From an uncultured Gemmatimonadales bacterium (lineage in GTDB: Bacteria; Gemmatimonadota; Gemmatimonadetes; Longimicrobiales; RSA9), in the NCBI GenBank assembly GCA_963708135.1, contig OY970192.1, forward strand, positions 256,001-320,000: DNA of 64,000 nucleotides. Reading direction: 5' to 3'. A program made the translations under genes and the position numbers. A model generated the notes under the pieces. That model was not told the origin of the DNA and made no database searches. It saw nothing but the letters and a program-made list of their open reading frames with translations. Below, one piece after another: positions 53,559 to 61,774 of the stretch (position 1 is its first letter; each line of letters begins with the position of its first letter).

Positions 53559-56555
53559 ATGGATCCAACCCCGAAGCGAATCACTCACTGCAGCGGGCCG
53601 ATGCGTCGTGCGGCGGCGCTCGCCGCCACACTGGCGTGTCTTGCGCTGGTCCTTGCCATGCCGCGCGCCCTGGTGGCGCAGGGGGGCGCGGTCGGGGGGA
53701 AGGTCGTGGATGCGCAGTCGCTTCAGCCGCTGACGGGCGCGCAGGTGGTGGTGGCGGGGACGAATCTCGGTGGGCTGACGGATGCGCGCGGCCGCTTCAG
53801 GATCACGGGGTTGACGGGCTCACAGGTCGAGCTGCGGGTGGTCATGATCGGCTACAAGACGGCGACGCAGGCGGTGACGGTGGGCACGGAGGACGTACGG
53901 ATCGCGGTGTCGCAGGCGGCAGTGGCGCTGGAGGAGCTGGTGGTGACGGGGACGCCGGGGCAGACGCAGATGCGGGCGGTCGGCAATTCTGTGACAAAGC
54001 TGAACACCGGCGCCGTACTGGAAGCGAAGCCGGTAGGATCGGTGGAGTCACTGCTGAAGGGAGAGGTCCCGGGTCTCACGGTACGGACGGGGCAGGGCAA
54101 CCTGGGGACTGGGGGCGTGATTCGGGTCCGAGGTGTGTCGAGCCTGTCGCTGAGCAATCAGCCGCTCATCTACGTGGACGGCGTACGGGTCAACAACGAC
54201 CCGCGTGCGGGTCCGTCGATTCGAGGGGGGTCGCAGAGCTCGCGGCTGGACGACATCGATCCCGAGGACATCGAGACCATCCAGGTGATCAAGGGGCCGG
54301 CGGCGGCCACGCTCTACGGGACCGAGGCGTCCAATGGGGTCATCCAGATCACGACGAAGCGCGGCGCGCAGGGGCGGCCGACGGTCTCGGCCACAGTGAA
54401 GGGCGGAGGGAACTACTTCCGCAATCCGGCGGGCCGCCTGCCCACGAACTACTGGAAGGACCCGTCAACCGGGCAGCTGGTCTCTGACAACCTGTACGCG
54501 GATGAGTTAGCGGCCGGCCGACATCCATTCACGAACGGTCCGATCCGCTCGGCCGACGTTCAGGTCCGGGGAGGCTCGGACAATGTTCACTACTTCACGG
54601 CGGTGGGGCTGGAGGACTCGCAGGGGATGGTCAACTACAACTGGCTCAAGAAGTACAACCTGCGCGGCAACGTGCAGTTGATCCCGAACGAGAAGTGGGA
54701 CATCAACTTCGATCTCGGCTACCTGAACAGCCAGACCCGGTACGGTCAGGCGGCGAACGGCTGGGATGTCATGGGCCAGTTCATCTGGGGGTCGCCGCGG
54801 ACCGTCGACACGAGGCTGCGGGGCTTCCTGCGGGCGCCGCCGGAGGTGGCGGCCACCATTGACTCCCGCTCGAAGGTGGACCATACCACGGTGAGCGTCC
54901 AGATCAACCACCATCCCACGCACTGGCTGACGAACCGGCTGACCATCGGCACGGACGTGACACAGGCCGCCAACTCGATCCTGTTCCCGCGCAGTCCGGA
55001 GGGTTCCGGGGGCTTCTTCGGCGCGGCCAGCCTCGGGGACAAAACGCTCGATGAGAACCGGGACCAGTTCACGACAGTGGACCTGGCCAGCACAGCGGTG
55101 CTCGATCTGGCGCCTGAAATCAACGCGTCGACCTCGGCGGGGGCGCAGTACTACGTGAAGCAGACGGAGCTCGTGGGGACCCGCGGCCTTCAGTTCCCGG
55201 CCCCGCCCATCACGACCATTGGCGGCGCGGCGCAGACCTTCGCGAACGAGACGTACCTCGAGAACAAGACGGCGGGTGGGTTCGTCCAGGAGCAGCTGTC
55301 CTGGAAGAACCGGCGGTTCCTGACGGGCGCGGTGCGCTTCGACGATAACAGCGCGTTCGGCGCCAACTTCAACTTCGTGACCTACCCCAAGGTGAGCGCC
55401 TCGTGGGTGCTGAACGAGGAACCGTTCTGGCACCTGGGCGTCGTGAATGCGCTGAAGCTTCGCGCCGCTTGGGGCGAGGCGGGCCAGCAGCCGGATGTGT
55501 TCGCGGCGGCGCAGCTTTACCAGCCCGAGACGGGTCCGGGCGACGCGTCGGTGCTCACGCCGCAGACCATCGGCAACCCTGATCTGCGCCCGGAGAAAGG
55601 TGAGGAGCTGGAGCTCGGCTTCGATGCCGGCGTGTTCTCCGATCGGATCGGGCTCCAGTTCACCTACTACAACCAGAACCGCAAGGACGCCATCCTGGCA
55701 GTGCCGATCGCGCCATCGAGTGGCTTCCCGGGGGTGAAGTTTGTCAACCTCGGGCTCGTACGCGATCGTGGCATCGAGATGGGCGCCAAGGCCCGGATTC
55801 TGGACGGTCCAAAGCTGGCCTGGGAGCTCGGCGTCAACTACTCGACCAACCACAGTCTGGTCATCGACCTGGGCGGCACCCCTCCGATCGCCACGGGAAC
55901 GCTGCAGCTGCAGAAGGAAGGCTACCCGGTGGCCGCCTTCTTCATGCGCCGCGTCGTGTCGGCGCAGGTGGACGCCAACGGCAAGGTTACGTCCGCGCTG
56001 TGCCAGTCGGAGAGTGGGCCGCCGGTGCCGTGCGACCAGGCGTCGGCCGTCTACGCCGGGCAGCCGAACCCGACCTGGTCCGGCAGCGTGGAGAACGCGC
56101 TGACCGTGCTGGGCAACGTGCGGCTCGAGGCCAGCGTCAACTTCCAGGGCGGCTTCCAGATGATCGACGGCGACATCGCGGCCTCCCACCTCGCGTTCCG
56201 GAATAGCAGGGCCATCAACACGGGGGAGTATCCGATCCTGCAGGCCTACGACCAGGTGGCCGGCTTCTCCTTCTACGAGTGCGGCCTCTACGACGCGGGC
56301 TGGGCCAAGCTGCGCAACCTCTCCGCGACCTACACCTTCCCCGAGCGGCTGGCCTCCCGCTTCGGCCTCTCCCGCGCCGCCTTCACCCTGGCGGCCCAGA
56401 ACGTGGCCGTCCTGTGGCAGGCGCAGAAGGACATCTTCGGCCGCCGGATCGTCGATCCCGAGGTCCGGCTGACCGCCAGCGAGCAGTCGGGCTACGTCCA
56501 GACCGTCATGCCCCAGATGTCGAGCATCGTGGCATCCCTGCGCGTGACCTTCTGA
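53559..56555 (+). CDS. SusC/RagA-like TonB-dependent transporter
   Basis: GGAGG RBS; LEELVVTG, PLIYVDGVRV, DIDPEDIETIQVIKGPAAATLYGTEASNGVIQITTK, NPDLRPEK, C-terminal Phe. Confidence 0.94.
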   Translation: MDPTPKRITHCSGPMRRAAALAATLACLALVLAMPRALVAQGGAVGGKVVDAQSLQPLTGAQVVVAGTNLGGLTDARGRFRITGLTGSQVELRVVMIGYKTATQAVTVGTEDVRIAVSQAAVALEELVVTGTPGQTQMRAVGNSVTKLNTGAVLEAKPVGSVESLLKGEVPGLTVRTGQGNLGTGGVIRVRGVSSLSLSNQPLIYVDGVRVNNDPRAGPSIRGGSQSSRLDDIDPEDIETIQVIKGPAAATLYGTEASNGVIQITTKRGAQGRPTVSATVKGGGNYFRNPAGRLPTNYWKDPSTGQLVSDNLYADELAAGRHPFTNGPIRSADVQVRGGSDNVHYFTAVGLEDSQGMVNYNWLKKYNLRGNVQLIPNEKWDINFDLGYLNSQTRYGQAANGWDVMGQFIWGSPRTVDTRLRGFLRAPPEVAATIDSRSKVDHTTVSVQINHHPTHWLTNRLTIGTDVTQAANSILFPRSPEGSGGFFGAASLGDKTLDENRDQFTTVDLASTAVLDLAPEINASTSAGAQYYVKQTELVGTRGLQFPAPPITTIGGAAQTFANETYLENKTAGGFVQEQLSWKNRRFLTGAVRFDDNSAFGANFNFVTYPKVSASWVLNEEPFWHLGVVNALKLRAAWGEAGQQPDVFAAAQLYQPETGPGDASVLTPQTIGNPDLRPEKGEELELGFDAGVFSDRIGLQFTYYNQNRKDAILAVPIAPSSGFPGVKFVNLGLVRDRGIEMGAKARILDGPKLAWELGVNYSTNHSLVIDLGGTPPIATGTLQLQKEGYPVAAFFMRRVVSAQVDANGKVTSALCQSESGPPVPCDQASAVYAGQPNPTWSGSVENALTVLGNVRLEASVNFQGGFQMIDGDIAASHLAFRNSRAINTGEYPILQAYDQVAGFSFYECGLYDAGWAKLRNLSATYTFPERLASRFGLSRAAFTLAAQNVAVLWQAQKDIFGRRIVDPEVRLTASEQSGYVQTVMPQMSSIVASLRVTF

Positions 56556-56585
56556 CCGCAACTCCGACGACAAGGAGAATCAATC

Positions 56586-57869
56586 ATGTTCGGTCATCTC
56601 CAACAGAAGCCGCCCCGCGGCCGGGCCGGATGGCACCGGTGGCCGCTGATGGCGCTGCTTCTGGGGCTGGCCCTGCCAGGGGCCGGCTGCAATCGGTTGC
56701 TGTCCGTGGATCTGCCCGGCGTGGTCAGCTCCACGGCGCTCGACAACCCCCAGCTCGCCCAGACGCTCGTCCTCGGCGCAGAAGCCGACTTCGACTGCGC
56801 GCTCACCAACTACGCCGGCGCCACGGCGGCGCTGACCGATGAGCTGGACGGCGCCACCGGTTGGGCCGCCTACACTGCGTGGGACACACGCAAGATCACC
56901 CCGGACAACGGGAACCTGGCCACGGCCGGCTGCACGGGGTTCGGCTTCGGGGTTTACACGCCGATCCAGACCGCGCGCTACCAGGCGGAGCACAACGCCG
57001 AAATCATCTCGGGCTTCAGCGACGCGGACGTGCCCAACAAGACCGACGCCCTCGCCACGCTCGCGGCGTACGAGGGCTACAGCTACATCCTGTTGGGCGA
57101 GGGGTTCTGCGCGGCGGCTGTGGACCTCGGGCCGAAGATGACACCCGCGGAGCTGCTCCAGGCCGCTGTCGACCGCTTCACAAAGGCCGTGGATCTGGCC
57201 GGGCAGGCAGGGGACGACGACATAGCCATCCTGGCCCACGTCGGCCGCGCCCGCGCGCTGCTCGACCTCGGCCGCGCAACCGATGCGGTGGCCGACGCGC
57301 AGGCGGTTCCGGAAGGCTACGTCCACCTCGTGACACGGTCCTCCGTCACGCAGTCCCGCTGGAACGTGGTCGCGGATGTCACACACAGACAGTACTTCTA
57401 TTCGGTCTCTCCCAGCTACCGCGACCTGACCTTCGATGGGGTGCCCGACTCGCGGGTCAGTGTCCACGACGCCGACAGGCTCGGTCACGATGGCGTGACC
57501 GAGGTCTTCCTGGTCAACAAGTTCAGCGACGTCAGCGACCCGATCGTGATGGCCAGCTGGGAGGAAGCGCAGCTGATCCTGGCCGAGGCCGAGGGTGGAA
57601 CCGACGCGGTGGCGGCCATAAACCGGCTGCATGCCGAGTACGGGCTGCCGGACTACCAGGGCGGCACCGAGGAGCAGATCAAGCAGCAGATCATCGAGGA
57701 GCGGCGCAGGCAATTCTTCCTGGATGGGCACCGGCTGGGCGACCTTCTGCGCTACGGGCTGCCGTTCCCGTCGGGCGTAAACGCCAAGGGCCAGCCCTAC
57801 GGCGAGACGACCTGCCTGCCGCTTCCGCAGGTGGAAGCGCAGAACAATCCCTCGATCGGCGGAAGCTGA
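56586..57869 (+). CDS. RagB/SusD-like lipoprotein
   Basis: AAGGAG RBS, lipobox PGAGC, EAQLILAEA, ERRRQFFLDGHRLGDLLR, CLPLP. Confidence 0.9.
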   Translation: MFGHLQQKPPRGRAGWHRWPLMALLLGLALPGAGCNRLLSVDLPGVVSSTALDNPQLAQTLVLGAEADFDCALTNYAGATAALTDELDGATGWAAYTAWDTRKITPDNGNLATAGCTGFGFGVYTPIQTARYQAEHNAEIISGFSDADVPNKTDALATLAAYEGYSYILLGEGFCAAAVDLGPKMTPAELLQAAVDRFTKAVDLAGQAGDDDIAILAHVGRARALLDLGRATDAVADAQAVPEGYVHLVTRSSVTQSRWNVVADVTHRQYFYSVSPSYRDLTFDGVPDSRVSVHDADRLGHDGVTEVFLVNKFSDVSDPIVMASWEEAQLILAEAEGGTDAVAAINRLHAEYGLPDYQGGTEEQIKQQIIEERRRQFFLDGHRLGDLLRYGLPFPSGVNAKGQPYGETTCLPLPQVEAQNNPSIGGS

Positions 57870-57886
57870 ACGGAAAGGACCGGATC

Positions 57887-59740
57887 ATGACCACACGCCA
57901 AATGCAGCGGCCGCGCCCGCGAGCGGCGAGCCGCACGCGCGGCTGGCTGCGAGGCGCCGTAGTGCCGACCGGGCTGGCCTGCGCACTCCTGCTCCTGCTC
58001 GCCTCGCCTCCCGCGGCCGCACAACAGCCGGAGCCCGCGCTGCTCGCGCACCCGATGAGCGTCCAGTACGACGTGCAGGTCCCCACGCGGGACGGCGTGC
58101 ACCTGTCCGCCGATGTCTACCGGCCGGCGGATGCCGCCCGCCACCCGGCGATCTTCGAGCTCACGCCGTACAACAACAATGCCGGCGATGTCATGGAGCG
58201 GGCGTGGCACTACGTGCGACAGGGCTACGCGTTCGTCCCCGTGGACGTGCGGGGCCGCTACGACTCCGAGGGGAAGTTCGATCCCTGGCGGACGGACGGG
58301 CCGGACGGCTCCGACGTGATCGACTGGATCGCGCGCCAGGGGTGGTCGGACGGGCACGTGGCCACGATGGGCGCGTCCTACCTCGGCATGGACCAGTGGC
58401 TTGTGGCGCGCGAGAACAACCCGCACCACACGGCACTGGTCTCGTACGTGGCGCCCGAGAACGGGTTCCGGGACGTCATGCGCTTCGACGGGGTGCCCAA
58501 GCTGGATCTCATCTTCACGTGGGCGGCAGGCATGTACGGCCACGTCAACCAGTCGGAGGCGGGCTGGAACTGGCACGCGGTCATGCTGGGCCTGCCGCTC
58601 ACCCAGCTCGGCGAGCGCGCGGGGCGGCCGATCCCGTTCTGGGTGGACTGGATGCGGCACGACCGGGAGGACGCCTACTGGGAGCCGGTCAGCATGAGCG
58701 GGCACTACGGCGGCTTCGACAAGCCTTCCTTCAACGTGACCGGCTGGTGGGACGGACAGATCATCGGGACGACATCGCACTTCGTTAACGCAGAGCGCGC
58801 TTCCGGCCACCCGGAGCGCAGCATGCTCGTGATCGGCCCCTGGTTGCACGGGGTCAACCGGACGCGCAAGCTGGGCGAGCGGGACTACGGTCCGCATGCC
58901 ATCATCGACCTGCAAGGGCTCCAGGACCGCTGGCTAGGTCACGTCATGCTCGGTGCGCCGGATCCGGGGCTGGCGCGAGTGATGTACTTTCTGCCGGTGA
59001 AGAACGTCTGGAAGACCGCGGCCGGCTGGCCGGTTCCGGAGACCCGCTTCACCGCCTACTACCTGGCCGGAGGCGGCCACGCCAACACGCTGCTCGGCGA
59101 TGGTGCGCTCTCCACCCGCGAGGGAGCCGGCCGGCCGGACCACTTCACCTACGACCCTGCCAGGCCCGTGCCCACGGTGAGCAGCCGAACCGCCGGCGCC
59201 CGCGGCGGGATCGCGCAAGGCAGCGTCGACAACCGCGCCGTGGAGACGCGGCAGGACGTGCTCGTCTACACCAGCCCGGCGCTCGAGGAGGGGATGGAGG
59301 CGACCGGTCCCGTCGAGGCCACCATCTACTTCACCACGGATGTGCCGGACACCGACATCACCGTGAAGCTGCTCGACGTCTACGCCGACGGCCGGGCGCT
59401 CAATCTGAGCCATGGGATCGCCCGGGCGCGGTACCGGACCTCGTTCGCGCAGCCACGGCTGGTCACGCCCGGAGCGAGGGATTCCGTGCGCGTGCGCATG
59501 TTCCCCTCGAGCAACTACTTCGAGGCGGGCCACCGGATCCGCATCGAGGTTTCGAGCAGCAACTTCCCGCTCTTCGGCCGCAACCTGAACACGGCCGACA
59601 GCCCCGATACCACATCGGCCATGCGCGTCGCCCACACCACGATCCTTCACGACGCCCGCTCCCCCTCCCGCATCGTGCTGCCCGTGATTCCGGCTGGCGC
59701 CACCGCCACGACGGACGTCACGGATGGAGGGCGCCGCTAG
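57887..59740 (+). CDS. CocE/NonD family (S15) serine hydrolase, secreted
   Basis: PTRDGVHLSADVYRP, TPY, DVRGRYDSEG, GASYLG nucleophile, GWWD, IGPWLH, GHRIRIEVSSSNFP. Confidence 0.93.
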   Translation: MTTRQMQRPRPRAASRTRGWLRGAVVPTGLACALLLLLASPPAAAQQPEPALLAHPMSVQYDVQVPTRDGVHLSADVYRPADAARHPAIFELTPYNNNAGDVMERAWHYVRQGYAFVPVDVRGRYDSEGKFDPWRTDGPDGSDVIDWIARQGWSDGHVATMGASYLGMDQWLVARENNPHHTALVSYVAPENGFRDVMRFDGVPKLDLIFTWAAGMYGHVNQSEAGWNWHAVMLGLPLTQLGERAGRPIPFWVDWMRHDREDAYWEPVSMSGHYGGFDKPSFNVTGWWDGQIIGTTSHFVNAERASGHPERSMLVIGPWLHGVNRTRKLGERDYGPHAIIDLQGLQDRWLGHVMLGAPDPGLARVMYFLPVKNVWKTAAGWPVPETRFTAYYLAGGGHANTLLGDGALSTREGAGRPDHFTYDPARPVPTVSSRTAGARGGIAQGSVDNRAVETRQDVLVYTSPALEEGMEATGPVEATIYFTTDVPDTDITVKLLDVYADGRALNLSHGIARARYRTSFAQPRLVTPGARDSVRVRMFPSSNYFEAGHRIRIEVSSSNFPLFGRNLNTADSPDTTSAMRVAHTTILHDARSPSRIVLPVIPAGATATTDVTDGGRR

Positions 59741-60604
59741 ATGGCCACGCCGAGGCCCCGACCGGAAGCGGTGGATCCCGCGCGCGGCCCGGTTCCGCTC
59801 GAGATCCGGCCCCTGGCCGGTTCGGCGGAGCTGCAGGCGTGCGTGGAGCTCCAGCACCTGACCTGGGGCGCTTCGTTCGACGGCTGCGTGCCGGCCAGCC
59901 TGCTCCAGGTGCTGGTCAAGGTCGGTGCCCTCGTGGCCGGCGCCTTCACGCCCGAGGGCATGCTCGCCGGCTTCGTCTTCGGCGTCACCGGCCCGCGCGC
60001 CGGCGCGCTGGTGCACTGGTCGCACATGCTGGCCGTGCGGCCGGAGCTGCGCAACCACGGCATCGGCCAGCGCCTGAAGCATTTCCAGCAGAGGTTCGTG
60101 CGCGAGCTCGGCGTGCGCGAGATGCTCTGGACCTACGACCCTCTCGTCGCCCGCAACGCCCACTTCAACCTCGACCGGCTCGGCGCGCGCGTCATCGACT
60201 TCGTCCCCGACATGTACGGCGACACCGGCAGCGCTCTGCACCGCTCCGGCACGGACCGCTTCATCGTGAGCTGGCTGACCAATGGCCACGCCACCGCCGC
60301 GCCGCCTTCTCCCGCGCCGCCTTCTCCCGCGCCGCTGCCTCCGGAGGCGCTCCGCGCGCCCCTCGTGGAGGACGGCGTGGGCGCGCTTCCGGTCGCACAC
60401 GGTGGGCCCCGGTGGTGCCGCATCGAGATCCCGCCCGACATGGAGCGGCTGCAGAACGCCGAGCCGGCCGCCGCGCGCGCCTGGCGCCTCTCCACCCGCG
60501 CGGCGTTCGAGCGCTGCCTCGCCGCCGGCGTCCTGCCCGTCGGCTTCCACCGCGACGGCGAAGGCCGCTGTTTCTACGTGCTCGCCGGCGGGGGGGTGGG
60601 GTGA
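59741..60604 (+). CDS. COG3375-type GNAT acyltransferase (D-amino-acid N-succinyltransferase-like)
   Basis: SHMLAVRPELRNHGIG..LK..Q, WTYDPL..RNAHFNL.RLGA, DMYG, TDRF. Confidence 0.85.
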   Translation: MATPRPRPEAVDPARGPVPLEIRPLAGSAELQACVELQHLTWGASFDGCVPASLLQVLVKVGALVAGAFTPEGMLAGFVFGVTGPRAGALVHWSHMLAVRPELRNHGIGQRLKHFQQRFVRELGVREMLWTYDPLVARNAHFNLDRLGARVIDFVPDMYGDTGSALHRSGTDRFIVSWLTNGHATAAPPSPAPPSPAPLPPEALRAPLVEDGVGALPVAHGGPRWCRIEIPPDMERLQNAEPAAARAWRLSTRAAFERCLAAGVLPVGFHRDGEGRCFYVLAGGGVG

Positions 60605-60623
60605 AGGGGAGGTGTCGACGGCG

Positions 60624-60710
60624 AGAGTGGGGGAGTGGGGGAGTGGGCGACCCCGGGCCTGCTTCGCGGCGCGATCGGGGGGCCGGGCCTCGCGACCGTC
60701 CCGGCGCCTG
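60624..60710. repeat. G-rich octamer cap followed by an inverted copy of the 47.4 kb unit
   Basis: AGAGTGGGGGAGTGGGGGAGTGGG, then CCGGGCCTCGCGACC (reverse complement GGTCGCGAGGCCCGG). Confidence 0.8.
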
Positions 60711-60955
60711 TCGCGTCACGTGGTTCCGCGGGCTCGATTGCCCGCCCCGCCCGAGGTCGCCGCAGGGCCGGCGGTACGCCCGTGGGCTGCGGCGACCCTC
60801 GACGCGGCGGCCGGATTGTGCGGGTGCGGTGCCCGCGAACATGGCGAGGCCCGCGCACGCGCGGCGCCCCCGATCGGCGCCCGGGTCCGGCCGTTTCAGC
60901 CGCGCGTTCCGCGACGTAAGTTGCTCCCGAAAGGGCCTACCGAAGGAGCGCTTCC

Positions 60956-61735
60956 ATGCTGGTCATAATCAAGCGTGACTACGAGGAGGCGAGCCGGGAG
61001 GCGGGGCGGCTCGTGGCGAACCGGCTGCGCAAGAAGCCGAACCTGGTCCTGGGGCTGGCCACGGGGGGGACGCCGCTCGGGCTCTACCGCGAGCTGATCC
61101 GGCTGCACCGGGAGGAGGGGATCGACCTCTCGAAGGCGACGACCTTCAACCTGGACGAGTACCTCGGCCTGCCGCCCGACCACCCGCAGAGCTACAGCCG
61201 CTTCATGCGGGAGAACCTGTTCGACCACGTGAACATCCCCGAGCGCTTCATCCACGTGCCGGACGGCATGGCGCTCGACGTGGAGGAGCACTGCCAGTGG
61301 TACGAGGACGAGATCCGCCGCGCCGGCGGCCTCGACCTGCAGGTCCTCGGCATCGGCGCCAACGGCCACCTGGCCTTCAACGAGCCGGGCTCCTCCCTCG
61401 GCTCGCGCACGCGGGTCAAGACGCTGACGAAGAAGACGCGCGAGGACAACGCCCGCTTCTTCGGCAGCCTGGCCGATGTCCCCCGCCACGCCATCACCAT
61501 GGGGATCGGCACCATTATGGAGGCGCACGAGCTGCTGCTGCTCGCCAGCGGCGAGCGCAAGGCCGACGCCATCCGCGCCGCCGTTGAGGGCCCGATCACC
61601 GCCATGGTCCCCGCCTCCATCGTGCAGATGCACCCGCGCGCCTTCCTCGTCGTGGACGAGCCCGCCGCCGCCGGGCTGCAGGGCGAGTATGCCGCGTCGT
61701 TCGAGGAGGCTGTGATCGTGAGGCGGAGCTTGTAG
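60956..61735 (+). CDS. nagB: Glucosamine-6-phosphate deaminase
   Basis: VLGLATGGTP, TFNLDEY, DLQVLGIGANGHLAFNEPG, AITMGIGTI. Confidence 0.96.
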   Translation: MLVIIKRDYEEASREAGRLVANRLRKKPNLVLGLATGGTPLGLYRELIRLHREEGIDLSKATTFNLDEYLGLPPDHPQSYSRFMRENLFDHVNIPERFIHVPDGMALDVEEHCQWYEDEIRRAGGLDLQVLGIGANGHLAFNEPGSSLGSRTRVKTLTKKTREDNARFFGSLADVPRHAITMGIGTIMEAHELLLLASGERKADAIRAAVEGPITAMVPASIVQMHPRAFLVVDEPAAAGLQGEYAASFEEAVIVRRSL

Positions 61736-61744
61736 AGGAAGTCA

Positions 61745-61774
61745 CCCAAACCAAAACCAAAACCAAAACCAAAA
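61745..61774 (-). repeat. (TTTTGG)4+ microsatellite on the minus strand
   Basis: CCCAAA followed by (CCAAAA)4, directly abutting the stop codon of the DUF5916 gene. Confidence 0.92.

Noticed and set aside
60920..60955. Riboswitch or glmS-like ribozyme upstream of nagB (GCTCC...GGAGC pairing over the RBS)
   Set aside because: Only a short 5-bp pairing, easily found by chance at this GC content, with no recognisable conserved core.
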